Assembly: GCA_000146465.1 (NCBI GenBank)
Contig: CP001948.1
DNA length: 64,000 nt
Strand: one strand, 5' to 3'
The notes under the pieces were generated by a model. The model had not been told where the DNA came from. It did no database searches and worked only from the letters and a program-made list of their open reading frames with translations. Of this stretch, positions 1 through 11,100 are shown piece after piece; the stretch's first letter is position 1, and every line of letters begins with the position of its first letter. The translations under genes were made by a program, and so were the position numbers.

Positions 1-471
1 AGAAACTCCTCCAACTGCCCCTAACAGTTCTTCTTCCTCTTCTTATTTCTTTTCCTCTGCATCCTGTCTCTTTTGAACCATAGATCTTATCGACATCTTC
101 TTAACCCAACTACCATCATTAGTTAGGCTTCCAACCTCAAATGCCTACACTGCGAATGAAAGTTCTCTATTCCCAATAAACTCCCTAACTTTCCTTATGT
201 CTTGAGAATCCTTCTTCAGGTCGCTAAGCCTTCTTATATGTCATGCTATCGGAAATCCAATTCCTCTTTGAAGTTTTGCTTTCATTATACAATTCAATTC
301 CGTCTATAGTATTTACTCTCTTACCCTGTAGTATGAAAATGGCTTAGAATCTTTAAATTGGGGCTCTGTCTTGTTAAGGCCGAGAGATGGGAAATTATCC
401 ATAGTGTTTTATCAGCTATCTAAAATACATGTAAGGGATTTGAGGCAGTAATGTATTGTAAGACGATTTAA

Positions 472-1242
472 TTATAGGCCCTTACTCCTAGCGTACTCTC
501 CGATTTTTTCTTTAAGCTCTTTAACACTTTCGGAGATTTTTAAAACTTCGTTTACCTCCTTTCCTGTAAAAGACGGGCTATTAAAGCAGTCAACAAATAT
601 TGCAAATGCAACTTCTCCTCTCTCGATTTCATCTTTATCGTCTGAATCTAGCCCTATTTCCTTATTCTGAATCTCTATTTTCTCGATATACATAACTTCC
701 ATTCTGAAGAATTCAATTCTTATTCTGGTGCTTTTACTATTCATTCTAATGCCCTTGAGGAACATAGCTCTGGCACTTTCGATGTCTCCAACCTCAAACA
801 GCTTGAATGCACAATATATCCAAAGATCAACATCTAGTGGATTTCTTGTACAGCACTCTGCAAACACATTTTTCATTTCCCCATACATTTTCTTTCCCAT
901 GACATAAGCGGTAAACTGTGAAACTATTCTTGGGTCATTGAATCTATACAGAGCAGATCGATATAACTCCACTATTTTTTTTGATATGTTCATGTCATGG
1001 AGTGAAAACCCAACATTCTTTTTCTTTACTCTTTTGTCTCTTATTTTTTCTAATATGCACTCGCTTTTTATATAGCGCATGAAATCTAAAAGTTTTTTTT
1101 CTGGCCTTTGAAGTCGGAGCTCATACTTTTTCCTTGTCTCTACTATCTTTCTTAACTCGTGTGGGGAGAAGATTCCTCTAGTCTTGTAGTCTTCCAACTC
1201 CGATATCATTCTTTCCATGCCTAGCTGTATACTTTCTACCAT
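472..1242 (-). CDS. U3 snoRNP protein UTP6-like (HAT-repeat, SSU processome)
   Basis: N-terminus MVESIQLGMERMISELEDYKTRGIFSPHELRKIVETRKKYELRLQRPEKKLLDFMRYI follows the conserved UTP6 N-terminal domain pattern (LExxLPELEDLxxxGxFSxxEIRxIxxRRxxFEyRLqR...DFLxYIxYE). The downstream region is helical-repeat like. Confidence 0.55.
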   Translation of the reverse strand: MVESIQLGMERMISELEDYKTRGIFSPHELRKIVETRKKYELRLQRPEKKLLDFMRYIKSECILEKIRDKRVKKKNVGFSLHDMNISKKIVELYRSALYRFNDPRIVSQFTAYVMGKKMYGEMKNVFAECCTRNPLDVDLWIYCAFKLFEVGDIESARAMFLKGIRMNSKSTRIRIEFFRMEVMYIEKIEIQNKEIGLDSDDKDEIERGEVAFAIFVDCFNSPSFTGKEVNEVLKISESVKELKEKIGEYARSKGL

Positions 1243-1317
1243 GGGCCTTTCTTTTTATTCTCTTCTTATTTTGTCTTAAACCAAATTTTTCTGAATTCCC
1301 ATACTGGTCTCTCACCC

Positions 1318-4300
1318 ATGCTCAAAAGAGTCGAGGAAGATGAAGTGGATATAAGAATCAAAAGGATATCTTTTGGCTTGTTATCACCGCGGGATATTTC
1401 GGGACTATCGGTGCATGAGATTTCGAGCAAGGATCTGTATGACATAAACACGAGAGTGCCTTTACCGAATGGCCCCTTGGACTTGAGGTTAGGTGTTGGA
1501 AACAAGAAGGACAAGTGTGCAACATGTGGAGAAGGATTGGCTACGTGTATCGGACACTTTGGAGAGGTGAAGCTGGTTCTTCCGGTTTTCAATATAGGGC
1601 TAGTTAAGAACACGATTTCTACGCTAAATTGTCTTTGCAAGAGCTGTGGATCCATCCTTCTTGGAGAAAAAAAGAAGATATACTTCAAAAAGAAGTTACG
1701 AGAGAGTAGTGGTGGAAACGACACCAAGCTTATTTTAAGAAAGATTATTGCGGAATGTAAGAAGGCGAATGTTTGCTTTGTATGCTCCTCTAGGAATGGA
1801 CAAGTCAAGAAAACGTTTGGATTCAGAATGGTTCATGAGATTGAAGATCTTGAAAAGAGGAAAAAAGATAAAAATAAAGGATCGGGAGGAGTAAATTCTT
1901 CGGATTACGAAGAAATAAATCCTTTAATGGCGCTTAACATATTTAGGATGATGAAGGAAGACGACTACGAACTCCTTGGGTTTTCCGAGTCACCTGAACG
2001 ACTTATAATACAAAGCATCATAGTTCCACCATCCTGCATTCGTCCAAGTGTATCTATGGATGATGAGGGAACAAATGAAGATGACATAACAATTAAAATA
2101 AGCGAAATTGTCCATACTAACAAGGTGCTTAAGGAAGGAATAGAAAAGGGAAACCCGCTAAACCTTATAAACGAGGATTGGGATCATCTTCAGCTTCAAT
2201 GTGCACTACTCATCAATTCGGAGCTTCCCCAGGTAGGGATTCCCGGGCAGCCGATCCGAGGAATAGTTCAAAGGCTAAAGGGAAAGAATGGAAGATTTAG
2301 ATGCAATCTAAGTGGGAAGAGAGTTGATTTCAGTGGAAGGACGGTTATCTCACCTGATCCAAATCTAAGCATCGAGGAGGTGGGGATACCGGAAAGAATG
2401 GCCAAGATATTGACTATTTCCGAAAGGGTCACAAGCTTCAATAAGAAGAAGCTGCAGGCTCTAGTGTTAAATGGCCCTGAAAAGTATCCGGGGGCTAATT
2501 ATGTGGTTGGAGAGAAGTTCAAGAGGTTTTTGATGTATGGGAAGAAAGACACAGAACTCAAAGAAGGAGAGGTTGTCGAGCGACACTTACTGGATGGAGA
2601 TATGGTTTTATTTAACAGACAGCCTTCTCTTCATCGGATGAGTATTATGTCTCATAAGGTTAAGGTTCATGGGAATAAGACTCTCCGGTTCAATGAGTGT
2701 GTTTGTACACCATACAACGCAGACTTTGATGGGGATGAAATGAATGTTCATGTTCCTCAAACAGAGAAAGCACGAGCCGAATCATCCATTTTGATGTCTG
2801 TTTCAAATAACATTGTCACGCCAAGACATGGAGAGCCGATTGTAGCTGCCACCCAAGACTTTATTACTGGATTATATTTGATAACTGGAAAAGATACCTT
2901 TTTCGATCGAGAGAGATTTGGGCAGCTTGTAAGCTATTTTTCAGAGACAAGAATCAGTATGAAACCAGCGATAAAGAAGCCTGTGGAGCTATTTACTGGA
3001 AAACAATTGGTAGAGGCTCTTATCAAGGACTCATTTGCTGCAAGTAGGGAGGATTACCGAAGTCCTTATGGTGGGTGCATTTCTCTCGTAGGTAAGAACA
3101 GATCATTCAAGACTCATGATGATCCTAACGACGGAAGTGTGATAATATTGGACAACCTCTATTACTTCGGGCGCCTTGACAAATCGATAATAGGAGGAGA
3201 AAATAAAAAGGACAGCCTTATTTATGCAATAATGAAAGTGAGTAATAAGGCTGCAATAAGAGTCATGAATAGCATAACGAAGTTATGTTCAAGATATCTT
3301 GGAGAAGTTGGTTTCAGCATAGGCCTTGACGATGTACAACCAGGGCCGATATTACGGCAAAAGAAGGAGACAGTTGTCGGAAAAGGATATTTGGAGTGCG
3401 AAAACAAGATTTTGGAATATTCGAAAAAATCGGAGTCCAGTGAAGAAATGCTGGAAATGGAGATATCTTCAATTCTCAACAGAATTAGAGAGGAATGTGG
3501 ATCTATATGCATAAACGAGCTAAGTATCAGAAACTCTCCGAACACAATGCAAGCATGTGGATCCAAAGGCTCCAAAATTAATGTTTCTCAGATGGTAGCC
3601 TGTGTAGGGCAACAGATTGTGAGCGGAACCAGGATTCCAAATGGAATGGACGATAGATGTCTTCCCCATTTCCGTAAAGGATCGAGGACTCCTGAATCAA
3701 AAGGATTTGTACGGAACTCTTTCTTTGATGGACTAACGTCTCCAGAATTCTTTTTCCATGCAGTGAGTGGGCGGGAAGGGCTTGTTGATACAGCTGTGAA
3801 GACTGCAGAAACGGGATATATGCAAAGACGTCTTATGAAGGCTCTTGAGGATCTAAGTGTCCAGTACGACGGTAGTGTTAGGAATTCAAATATGGAGGTG
3901 GTCCAGTTTTCCTATGGTGAAGATCAGATCGACCCCGTAATCTCGGAAGGAGATGATCCTGTTAATCTTGAAAGGGTGTTTTTGCAAGCCAAGTCTGTTT
4001 TTTTGCATCAGCTCAATTCGGGTCGGTTCTCGCATTCTCTTCAACCAGAAAGTTGCGATGTGATTGATAGCCTCAGAGAACTAATACCTAAGGGATATCC
4101 CATTGAGCGCATGATTAACAAAAGATTTGTAAAAAGCCTTCAGGAGCTCATAAAATCTAAGAGTGAGGAAAGATTCTCTTTTGATGGGACTTCTTTCCCA
4201 TATTTTTCATCCAGGGACTTTGTAAGAACATTTTTCTTCATGGTATCGCAAAAAATGATGGATTTGATTATCGAGCCCGGAACAACAGTTGGAGCAATAG

Positions 4301-5265
4301 CTGGGCAGAGTATTGGAGAGCCGGGAACCCAGATGACACTGAAAACATTCCACTTTGCAGGAGTAGCCAGTATGAACATCACCCTTGGTGTTCCAAGGTT
4401 GAAGGAGATAATTAATGCTGTTTGTAACATTAGTACACCCATTATAAATGCAGAACTAAATGATTCACAGAATCTGTTTGCTGCTGAGGTTATAAAAGGT
4501 AGGATTGGCAGAATTTCCCTGAAGGATATATGTTCTTCGTTAACAGAGGTTGTTGATAAAGAAGAAATATTCCTCGACATTGCCATAGATTTGGAAAGCC
4601 TTTCTCGCCTAAAGTTAAATTTAGATATTCATAAAATTGAGAGGTTGTTAAGTCTTCATGACCAAATAAGGATTGTAGGTAATAATGTCCTCAGGGTATT
4701 TATCAAGAAGATCACTGACCAGAGCTACTTCAACCTTCAAAAGATCAAGAAGAAATTGCTGGGCACAAGAATATGTGGAGCACCCCAAATAAGCAGGGTG
4801 ATTATAAATAGCAATAAGGGACAGTATAGTCTGGTGATCGAGGGGACTGGACTCTTGAGTGTTATAAACACAGATGGAATAAGGTGCAGTAGTGTGACTA
4901 GCAACAGTGTAACGGAAGTAGAGGAAGTATTGGGGATTGAAGCGGCAAGGGCCCAGATAATCCACGAGATCGAATATACTATAAGCAACCATGGGATCAA
5001 AATAGATCCAAGGCATATAATGCTCCTGGCAGACACAATGACATATAGGGGAGAAGTATTTGGAATAACAAGGTTTGGAATCTCAAAGATGTCCAGATCT
5101 ACTCTTATGTTAGCATCTTTTGAGCAAACCAGTGATTATTTGTTTGAGGCAGCTGCACAAAACAAATCCGATGAGATATGCGGTGTCAGCGAGTCCATAA
5201 TTCTTGGAATTCCAATCTGCATTGGTACTGGGTCCATTGATCTGTACTGGAGGCGCGATTCTTAG
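1318..5265 (+). CDS. DNA-directed RNA polymerase largest subunit, most likely Pol III RPC1 (1315 aa, no CTD heptads)
   Basis: Universal active-site motif NADFDGDEMN is present. The N-terminal zinc motifs CATCGEGLATCIGHFGEVKLVLPVFNIGL and CKSCGSIL...CFVCSSRNGQVKK resemble RPC1 (CGxxNGxVKK) rather than RPB1 or RPA1. There are no C-terminal YSPTSPS repeats. Confidence 0.75.
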   Translation: MLKRVEEDEVDIRIKRISFGLLSPRDISGLSVHEISSKDLYDINTRVPLPNGPLDLRLGVGNKKDKCATCGEGLATCIGHFGEVKLVLPVFNIGLVKNTISTLNCLCKSCGSILLGEKKKIYFKKKLRESSGGNDTKLILRKIIAECKKANVCFVCSSRNGQVKKTFGFRMVHEIEDLEKRKKDKNKGSGGVNSSDYEEINPLMALNIFRMMKEDDYELLGFSESPERLIIQSIIVPPSCIRPSVSMDDEGTNEDDITIKISEIVHTNKVLKEGIEKGNPLNLINEDWDHLQLQCALLINSELPQVGIPGQPIRGIVQRLKGKNGRFRCNLSGKRVDFSGRTVISPDPNLSIEEVGIPERMAKILTISERVTSFNKKKLQALVLNGPEKYPGANYVVGEKFKRFLMYGKKDTELKEGEVVERHLLDGDMVLFNRQPSLHRMSIMSHKVKVHGNKTLRFNECVCTPYNADFDGDEMNVHVPQTEKARAESSILMSVSNNIVTPRHGEPIVAATQDFITGLYLITGKDTFFDRERFGQLVSYFSETRISMKPAIKKPVELFTGKQLVEALIKDSFAASREDYRSPYGGCISLVGKNRSFKTHDDPNDGSVIILDNLYYFGRLDKSIIGGENKKDSLIYAIMKVSNKAAIRVMNSITKLCSRYLGEVGFSIGLDDVQPGPILRQKKETVVGKGYLECENKILEYSKKSESSEEMLEMEISSILNRIREECGSICINELSIRNSPNTMQACGSKGSKINVSQMVACVGQQIVSGTRIPNGMDDRCLPHFRKGSRTPESKGFVRNSFFDGLTSPEFFFHAVSGREGLVDTAVKTAETGYMQRRLMKALEDLSVQYDGSVRNSNMEVVQFSYGEDQIDPVISEGDDPVNLERVFLQAKSVFLHQLNSGRFSHSLQPESCDVIDSLRELIPKGYPIERMINKRFVKSLQELIKSKSEERFSFDGTSFPYFSSRDFVRTFFFMVSQKMMDLIIEPGTTVGAIAGQSIGEPGTQMTLKTFHFAGVASMNITLGVPRLKEIINAVCNISTPIINAELNDSQNLFAAEVIKGRIGRISLKDICSSLTEVVDKEEIFLDIAIDLESLSRLKLNLDIHKIERLLSLHDQIRIVGNNVLRVFIKKITDQSYFNLQKIKKKLLGTRICGAPQISRVIINSNKGQYSLVIEGTGLLSVINTDGIRCSSVTSNSVTEVEEVLGIEAARAQIIHEIEYTISNHGIKIDPRHIMLLADTMTYRGEVFGITRFGISKMSRSTLMLASFEQTSDYLFEAAAQNKSDEICGVSESIILGIPICIGTGSIDLYWRRDS

Positions 5266-5316
5266 ACATTTTTTAAAAAAGAGCTCTTCTAATGTTTGTG
5301 TCTGTTATCCCATTAA

Positions 5317-6045
5317 ATGTCGATACATGAGATAGGCAAAGCCATCGGGAGATTTGCCTCTCTGCGAAGAGCTAAGACCGATTGGGACAATGTAGGTGTG
5401 ATAATAGACTCTGGAGTAGAAGACAATAAAGTACTCTTAACAATTGACCTGACAGAGCCTGTACTGGAAGAATCCATCGAGCTTGGTATTAAGAACATTA
5501 TTGCATATCATCCCATAATATTCAAGGCCATAAAGAAACTTGGGCCCAAGGAATCTATTGTTATTAGATGCATTAGCAATGGAATCAGCGTTTTCTCCCC
5601 ACACACTGCATTAGATCCATTGATGAACAACTATATATATAGCTTGATCAATAACGGGGCTTTTCTTTATAAAAAGAATTACGGACCTAATACTTCAACC
5701 ATAGAGAATGCTATTTCTATTCTCAAGGAGAAGAGCGGAATAAGGAATTTCCGGATATGCTTAGCAAGAGGGCATACAATGGAAAGTGTCCCGGAATCCA
5801 TGTATGTTGGTGTTGGAGCAACATTTCGCAACACACCTCTTAAAAACTCAATTGTTGTTACTGGAGAAATGTCCCACCACGACCTACTGTCGTGCATTGC
5901 AAACAATGCAACTGTTGTTCTGATGGAACACAGTAATAGTGAACGAATATGTCTGGAACACATTTCCGGCAAACTACAGGAGGAGCTCCCCGATTACAAG
6001 ATTTTTATTTCAACCAGAGACAAAGATCCCGTTACAATAATATGA
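5317..6045 (+). CDS. NIF3-like protein (NGG1-interacting factor 3 / DUF34 family)
   Basis: N-terminal signature TDWDNVGVIID followed by HPIIFKAIKKL matches the NIF3 family pattern (DWDNVGL...HHPlif). The C-terminal GEMSHHD is also typical. Confidence 0.6.
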   Translation: MSIHEIGKAIGRFASLRRAKTDWDNVGVIIDSGVEDNKVLLTIDLTEPVLEESIELGIKNIIAYHPIIFKAIKKLGPKESIVIRCISNGISVFSPHTALDPLMNNYIYSLINNGAFLYKKNYGPNTSTIENAISILKEKSGIRNFRICLARGHTMESVPESMYVGVGATFRNTPLKNSIVVTGEMSHHDLLSCIANNATVVLMEHSNSERICLEHISGKLQEELPDYKIFISTRDKDPVTII

Positions 6046-6101
6046 GTGCCCGATGGTGTGTGGATTGGAATCATATTTCCTAAAAAATTTTACCCTCGAA
6101 G

Positions 6102-6413
6102 ATGGAATATGTTGCAGCCTATGTCATGTTTGATAAGGTAGGGAAAGAGCTCAACGAGAAATCAATGATGGACCTGTTTGATGCGATAGGTGGTAAGGTT
6201 GAGCCTGAGACGATGCGCCTATTCCTTTCCAAAGTTGCTGGGAAAAGCATTGACGAAGTAATGTCAAAGGGAAAGGAGTTTATGGCATCCCTTGCAATTT
6301 CATCGGCCCGAGAGCAAGCGCCTGCTCAGTCTACAGATGCATCGGCACCATCTCAAGCCGCTGAAACCAAAGATGAGGAAGAAGAGGATTTCGATATCTT
6401 TGCTGCGTTTTAA
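6102..6413 (+). CDS. 60S acidic ribosomal stalk protein P2
   Basis: MEYVAAYVMF start, an alanine/serine-rich hinge and the acidic tail EEEEDFDIFAAF are the hallmark of P1/P2 stalk proteins. The length (103 aa) fits P2. Confidence 0.8.
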   Translation: MEYVAAYVMFDKVGKELNEKSMMDLFDAIGGKVEPETMRLFLSKVAGKSIDEVMSKGKEFMASLAISSAREQAPAQSTDASAPSQAAETKDEEEEDFDIFAAF

Positions 6414-6479
6414 TTAAAATGACCTTCCTAAATTTATTTTCTACATTCTTTCTGTATTTTTCTTTCCAACTGGGTTGAC

Positions 6480-7157
6480 TTGAAAATACAAGCGATCCCT
6501 TCTATGAGCGAATGCGAGTACTGTAAGTCTAGGAAGATGCTTCCTCTTAATGGAAAATACTACTGCGAGGAGTGTGAAATATACTACGTATACAAAGATG
6601 GAAGACAGCAATATTCCAATCTTCCTATTGAGGAAATAAGTCAAATATCTGTTGGAGACCATCTTTGCAAAAAATGTAGACTGAAGTACTCTGAGAAGAA
6701 GTCCATTGTGTGCACTACATTTCGTGAATACTTCAAGAAGCTTCCTTTATGTAGAAAATGTAAGCAAAACAATCAGAAATGCATAAAGAACACCTTCTTC
6801 CAAAACTTCATACTTTACAGAACTTACAGCAGGGTTTTTTCGGTCCAATCTGTTGTGTTCCACAGTATATGGCTTTATTTAATGGGAACCATGTTCCTTA
6901 GTAAGCTTATCATCACTAACTTAATTATTTACAAAAGAAAAGGACTCAAGCTTTTAGAATGTTTAATGAGCTCTATTCTCCTTATCCCTCTTGGATATTG
7001 GAGTTGGGGTACCACCGTTTTCTATTTATATTGCTTCCTTACAATGGTTTTTTCTAAAAGATGGTATTATAAGGTTCCTGTTAATCTAGATGGGCCTCCT
7101 CCAAACATTTTGAAGTATTTAGAACATCTCAACATAGGCCGAAAGAAAGACGGATAG
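6480..7157 (+). CDS. hypothetical protein with N-terminal Cys-rich (CxxC pairs) domain and C-terminal hydrophobic segments
   Basis: ORF only. It has several CxxC pairs (CEYC...CEEC...CKKC...CRKC) followed by predicted transmembrane stretches. I recognise no family, and the start is uncertain. Confidence 0.3.
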   Translation: MKIQAIPSMSECEYCKSRKMLPLNGKYYCEECEIYYVYKDGRQQYSNLPIEEISQISVGDHLCKKCRLKYSEKKSIVCTTFREYFKKLPLCRKCKQNNQKCIKNTFFQNFILYRTYSRVFSVQSVVFHSIWLYLMGTMFLSKLIITNLIIYKRKGLKLLECLMSSILLIPLGYWSWGTTVFYLYCFLTMVFSKRWYYKVPVNLDGPPPNILKYLEHLNIGRKKDG

Positions 7158-7210
7158 GAATGCCCTTGCAAAGTTCAATAGAAATGTCCAATGATAAATA
7201 TAGTTAGGAT

Positions 7211-8080
7211 TTATTCAACTTTTTGCTTCTTCACAGGAGCTTCATCGCTATCCTTAGACTTCTCCTTATCAAAAGTTTCTTCCTCCCATTCTATCTCAAA
7301 TAGATTGATTACGGGAGGATCCATAAGCTTCACCTCGATTTGCTTCTTATCGATCTTGTAGCCACAGTATTCGATTATATCTTTATCTTCATCATCTTTT
7401 TCTGTTTCTTCCGCTACACCTTTATTAAGTTCTCTGTTAATCTCCGAGTAGGAATCCGACTCTACTTTTTCATTTTTCTCTTCTTCTTTTCCTTCGGATT
7501 CAAACACCCTTTCCTTTCCTTCTTTAACTACTTCTTCTACAGCTTCCATAAATGTTCTCGGCTCTGTCTCTTCTTCTTTCTCTTCATCCTTGTCCAAATA
7601 ACTTGAGTCATCGGTCTCTGTTTCTCCTTCAGAACTTTCTTCTCCTTCTTCTTCTTCCTCCTTATCTCCAATCTCTTCTGATGGCTCCTCAACGTCATTC
7701 TTCACAAGCTTACTGCTAGGAATTCCCGGGTAGCTTACATCGACAATATAGCCGATTCTAATAAACTGCCGTCCTTGGTACTTCCCAATTATGAGAATAG
7801 ACGTCAATCCAAACAGTTCGTCAAGCGGTATTCTATCTACATCAGGGGCATTTGCATCAATGCTAAACTCGATCTTCCCCTTAGGTATAGGTGCAACTTC
7901 GATTTCTGCGAGTACCTGGTCATTTTCGTCTGAGTGTACATCCATGTTGTACAAAACGACAAACTCGACTCCACGCTTTATTTCATTAGAACATGCAAAC
8001 CGAAAGTTGAATTTGAGAGGGTCCATCAATCTCCTTACGGTGTTATCAACTTCAACGCTTTTGAGCTTCAAGTATCCCAT
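7211..8080 (-). CDS. ASF1: histone chaperone ASF1 (anti-silencing function 1) with acidic C-terminal tail
   Basis: MGYLKLKSVEV...FRFACSNEIKRGVEFVVLYNMDV...GKYQGRQFIRIGYIVDVSYPG matches the conserved ASF1 core (LEWKLTYVGS...YxGxEFVRVGYYVNNEY), followed by a long D/E-rich tail. The start is set at the internal Met that aligns with the ASF1 N-terminus; the ORF extends upstream to 8143. Confidence 0.8.
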   Translation of the reverse strand: MGYLKLKSVEVDNTVRRLMDPLKFNFRFACSNEIKRGVEFVVLYNMDVHSDENDQVLAEIEVAPIPKGKIEFSIDANAPDVDRIPLDELFGLTSILIIGKYQGRQFIRIGYIVDVSYPGIPSSKLVKNDVEEPSEEIGDKEEEEEGEESSEGETETDDSSYLDKDEEKEEETEPRTFMEAVEEVVKEGKERVFESEGKEEEKNEKVESDSYSEINRELNKGVAEETEKDDEDKDIIEYCGYKIDKKQIEVKLMDPPVINLFEIEWEEETFDKEKSKDSDEAPVKKQKVE

Positions 8081-8169
8081 TGTTCCTGAAAGAAGGATCA
8101 AATTTTTAAGCTTAAAAACGAAAACACAGTGAAAGGCAAACATAAAAAATTTCTGGCCATGGGCTAATT

Positions 8170-11100
8170 ATGCCAGAAAAGGTTGAAAAGAAGGACTATA
8201 ACTATCATTCTTCGAAACTTGAGGATTTGCTTCTCCGTCTCCCTTCCGAGAATAAAGGGGAAAGAATCAATCTTGAGGGCTGCATCCTGCAGGCTTTGGA
8301 AATCTTGTTTGGCAAGTCAACAGACTATCTAATCCTTGGACTAAAAGCATGCAAAGCCCACAAGCTCGGCCTCTTTCATAAAGAATCCATCAAAGACTTC
8401 ATGAAGAAAAACGAGCTAGTAAACGGGTATGTGGGGTCTTTCTTTGCCTGGTTGGTGGATTTCTTTCCAATAAGTTTTGTTGAAATACTTTTTGAGGAAG
8501 AGGCTACAATCTTTAAGCACTACACAAAGGTTCTTATGAAGCTTTATAAGAGTCCGAAAGTTACAGAATCTAGATTGGCGACTGAAAGACAGGATTTTAA
8601 CACTTTAAGTTGCATTACAAAACCTAAGATAGCTGGGTTGATTAGATATCCAGGGGTTGTGACCTATTTAACTAAGAATTTGATGTATATGAACGAGGAG
8701 GAAAGATTGTTTTTAATCAAAAGATATTTGAAGCGGGAAGACTTCGAATACTATCTTAATACGCTCATTGATAGGTCCCAAACTCCAGAAAAATATAGAG
8801 CAGATCTTGATGAATATCTTAAAAATGGAATTCTTGAAGACAGATCTGGAAAATATTCCGTGTTTATGAGAGTCTACAATTTCATAAAGAAAAACAATCA
8901 TAAAACTATCGAAGATGTTGGAGTAGTTGAAAGAGTGTTTGACGGGTATAGCGTAGAGGAGTTCCTTCAAAGTGACATTGGTTTAATCTTTGTTACTCAA
9001 ACCATAGAATATATAGGAATATATTCTGGAAGTGTGCAAAAGTGTAGGGACATCATATCTAGAGCCCTGAAATCCGATATTCCAAGAGATATAAGCAAGA
9101 CCTTATGGAATACCTTAATCACAAATAGAAGAGTATTTTTGGAATGCATAGAAAAGTTCAAGATCTTTGAAGATGAGGATTTGGCGAGAATTCTTATTTA
9201 TAGAAGAAGTACTTCCAAAGAAGAAGGCCCATCGATCTACAAATCGATAAGCTATGGAGATGGCATTTATAGAAAAGAGGCCGTAGAATATGTAGTGGAA
9301 TCTTTTTCAACACAGGAAATAACAAATGTGATGCTTAAACAAGATAGCGACGAAAGAAGTTTTTTGTTGGAATGCATTTACAGAAAGGCTCTTCTAGGTG
9401 AGTTTGATTTTAGAATATTTGAAATCGAAGACGAAGTATGGGTGGAAAAGACCTACGATGAAATATTCAAGACCTTAAGCCACAATATCTATGACTCCTT
9501 GGTTGAGAAAAGACCGGAATTACTGTTTGATTATTGCTTTAGACATAGAGACCTTCGTAGAAAGTACTTTGAAGAAATAGATAAAGAAAACTGCACAATC
9601 GAAGAGGGTATATGCATCCATAAGATCCTAAGACACGAGTCAAAAATGCTAAAAAGTTTGAAATCCAACAAATCATATGCAGAAGCAGTCTATGGAGATA
9701 CCAATGAAGGGAATGAAATATACATGATGAGTACTCTCATGGATCCCATACCTTCTTCGAATATTGTTGAGTTCATTTATCTCCTTACATTAATACGTCC
9801 CGAAGATGCAAAGTATTATATGTGTGAATATTTTGAAGAGATATGTGAGCAGGCTACAAACTGTTTAAAGGAAGAAAGCTCTTTCGATAGTACAGACTAT
9901 TCAAAGGTTCTTAGCCTTGGAGATCTGAGCTTAATGTACTTGGTTCCGTTCCATCAGATGATTGAAACAATGTTTTCGGTTCATCTAAGGAATAGGTATC
10001 TGGTCTATACAATCATGGACTCACTCCTTGAATCCATAGTTGGGGGAGTCCAAAATCTCCGATTGATCATTTTGAAAAGTATGGACTCCAACAGCGTTAC
10101 ATCCCATCACATTGTCAAGTACATTGACACTCTCACACCTCTTCTCCACAATTCCAACATCCAGATATGCAATGAAAGTAGAAGGCTTCTTATGGAGATC
10201 CCCATCATAACTCCAGAGCTGGTCTGTCTTAAATCCCAGATGGTTCAATCAATAATAGATAAGATGTATGCCAAGTCCTTCTTCAAATCGATTAGAAGAC
10301 AGCAGTTTAACCATTATCTTTGCTTTAATACCTTGAACATGCTTGTTCAGACTCTTACCATGCATATCAAGGAACTTAAAGAGGATGTTTTTCCGATCCT
10401 CTCCAGTTTGGAGTTTATTGCCCATCCTCAGGACCTAAAGCTAGTATTCCCTGTTATATTCGAAAGCCTATCTTCATTCGTTATTGAAAATGCATTTTAT
10501 TTGGACGAATGCTGTAGCGTTGTAGCATCTCTTATGAAATTTGGAGGGGATATTTCCTTTGATCGATTGATTGATAATATGGGGCTTTCTCTTCGAGTTA
10601 ATAAGTTTTTAGTAAGGTGTCTTAAAGCTTCCAATAATGAAATTGCCGAGAGTGTTATTAACAGAATAATAAGAAAAGGATCTGGTGATGTAGACATTAG
10701 AGAAGATACAGGGGAGGGTTCTCTCTATGTAGAGCCTTTCTTTCTTGCCTATGCACCCGAGCTTCCTATTTTCAAGGAATATCTCCCAATCTTCAAACCT
10801 CTTCTCAAGAGACTATTTCTTAGCTCTGACACTATGAAGCAAGAAATAGCGTCAAAGGCCTTTGAGTCGATGGACATTCTAGAATTTCTTCTAACTTGTT
10901 GTATTATCGGGCAATGGAAAACAAGGCTTCTTTGCATAGAGCTGTTTGACAAGAAGGGTGGAGAAGATAGCCGAGTGCTGGCAATGCTGTTTATCTTAAG
11001 AAATGATACACACTCAGCACTTCGGAAAAAAGCTCTAGACATATGGAAGTCCAAAGTGGTGAACACTAACTCGGCATTAAAGGATATTTACAGGACCATT

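Noticed and set aside
1-471. 471-bp region at the window edge with pyrimidine-rich plus strand and no ORF of at least 60 aa
   Set aside because: It may be the 3' flank of UTP6 and the tail or UTR of a gene extending beyond the window. I could not define a structured RNA or a complete ORF from the sequence alone.
1266-1808. 180-aa ORF on the minus strand overlapping the 5' end of the RNA polymerase gene
   Set aside because: It lies antisense to a strongly supported conserved CDS, is low-complexity, and has no recognisable domain. It is most likely a chance ORF.
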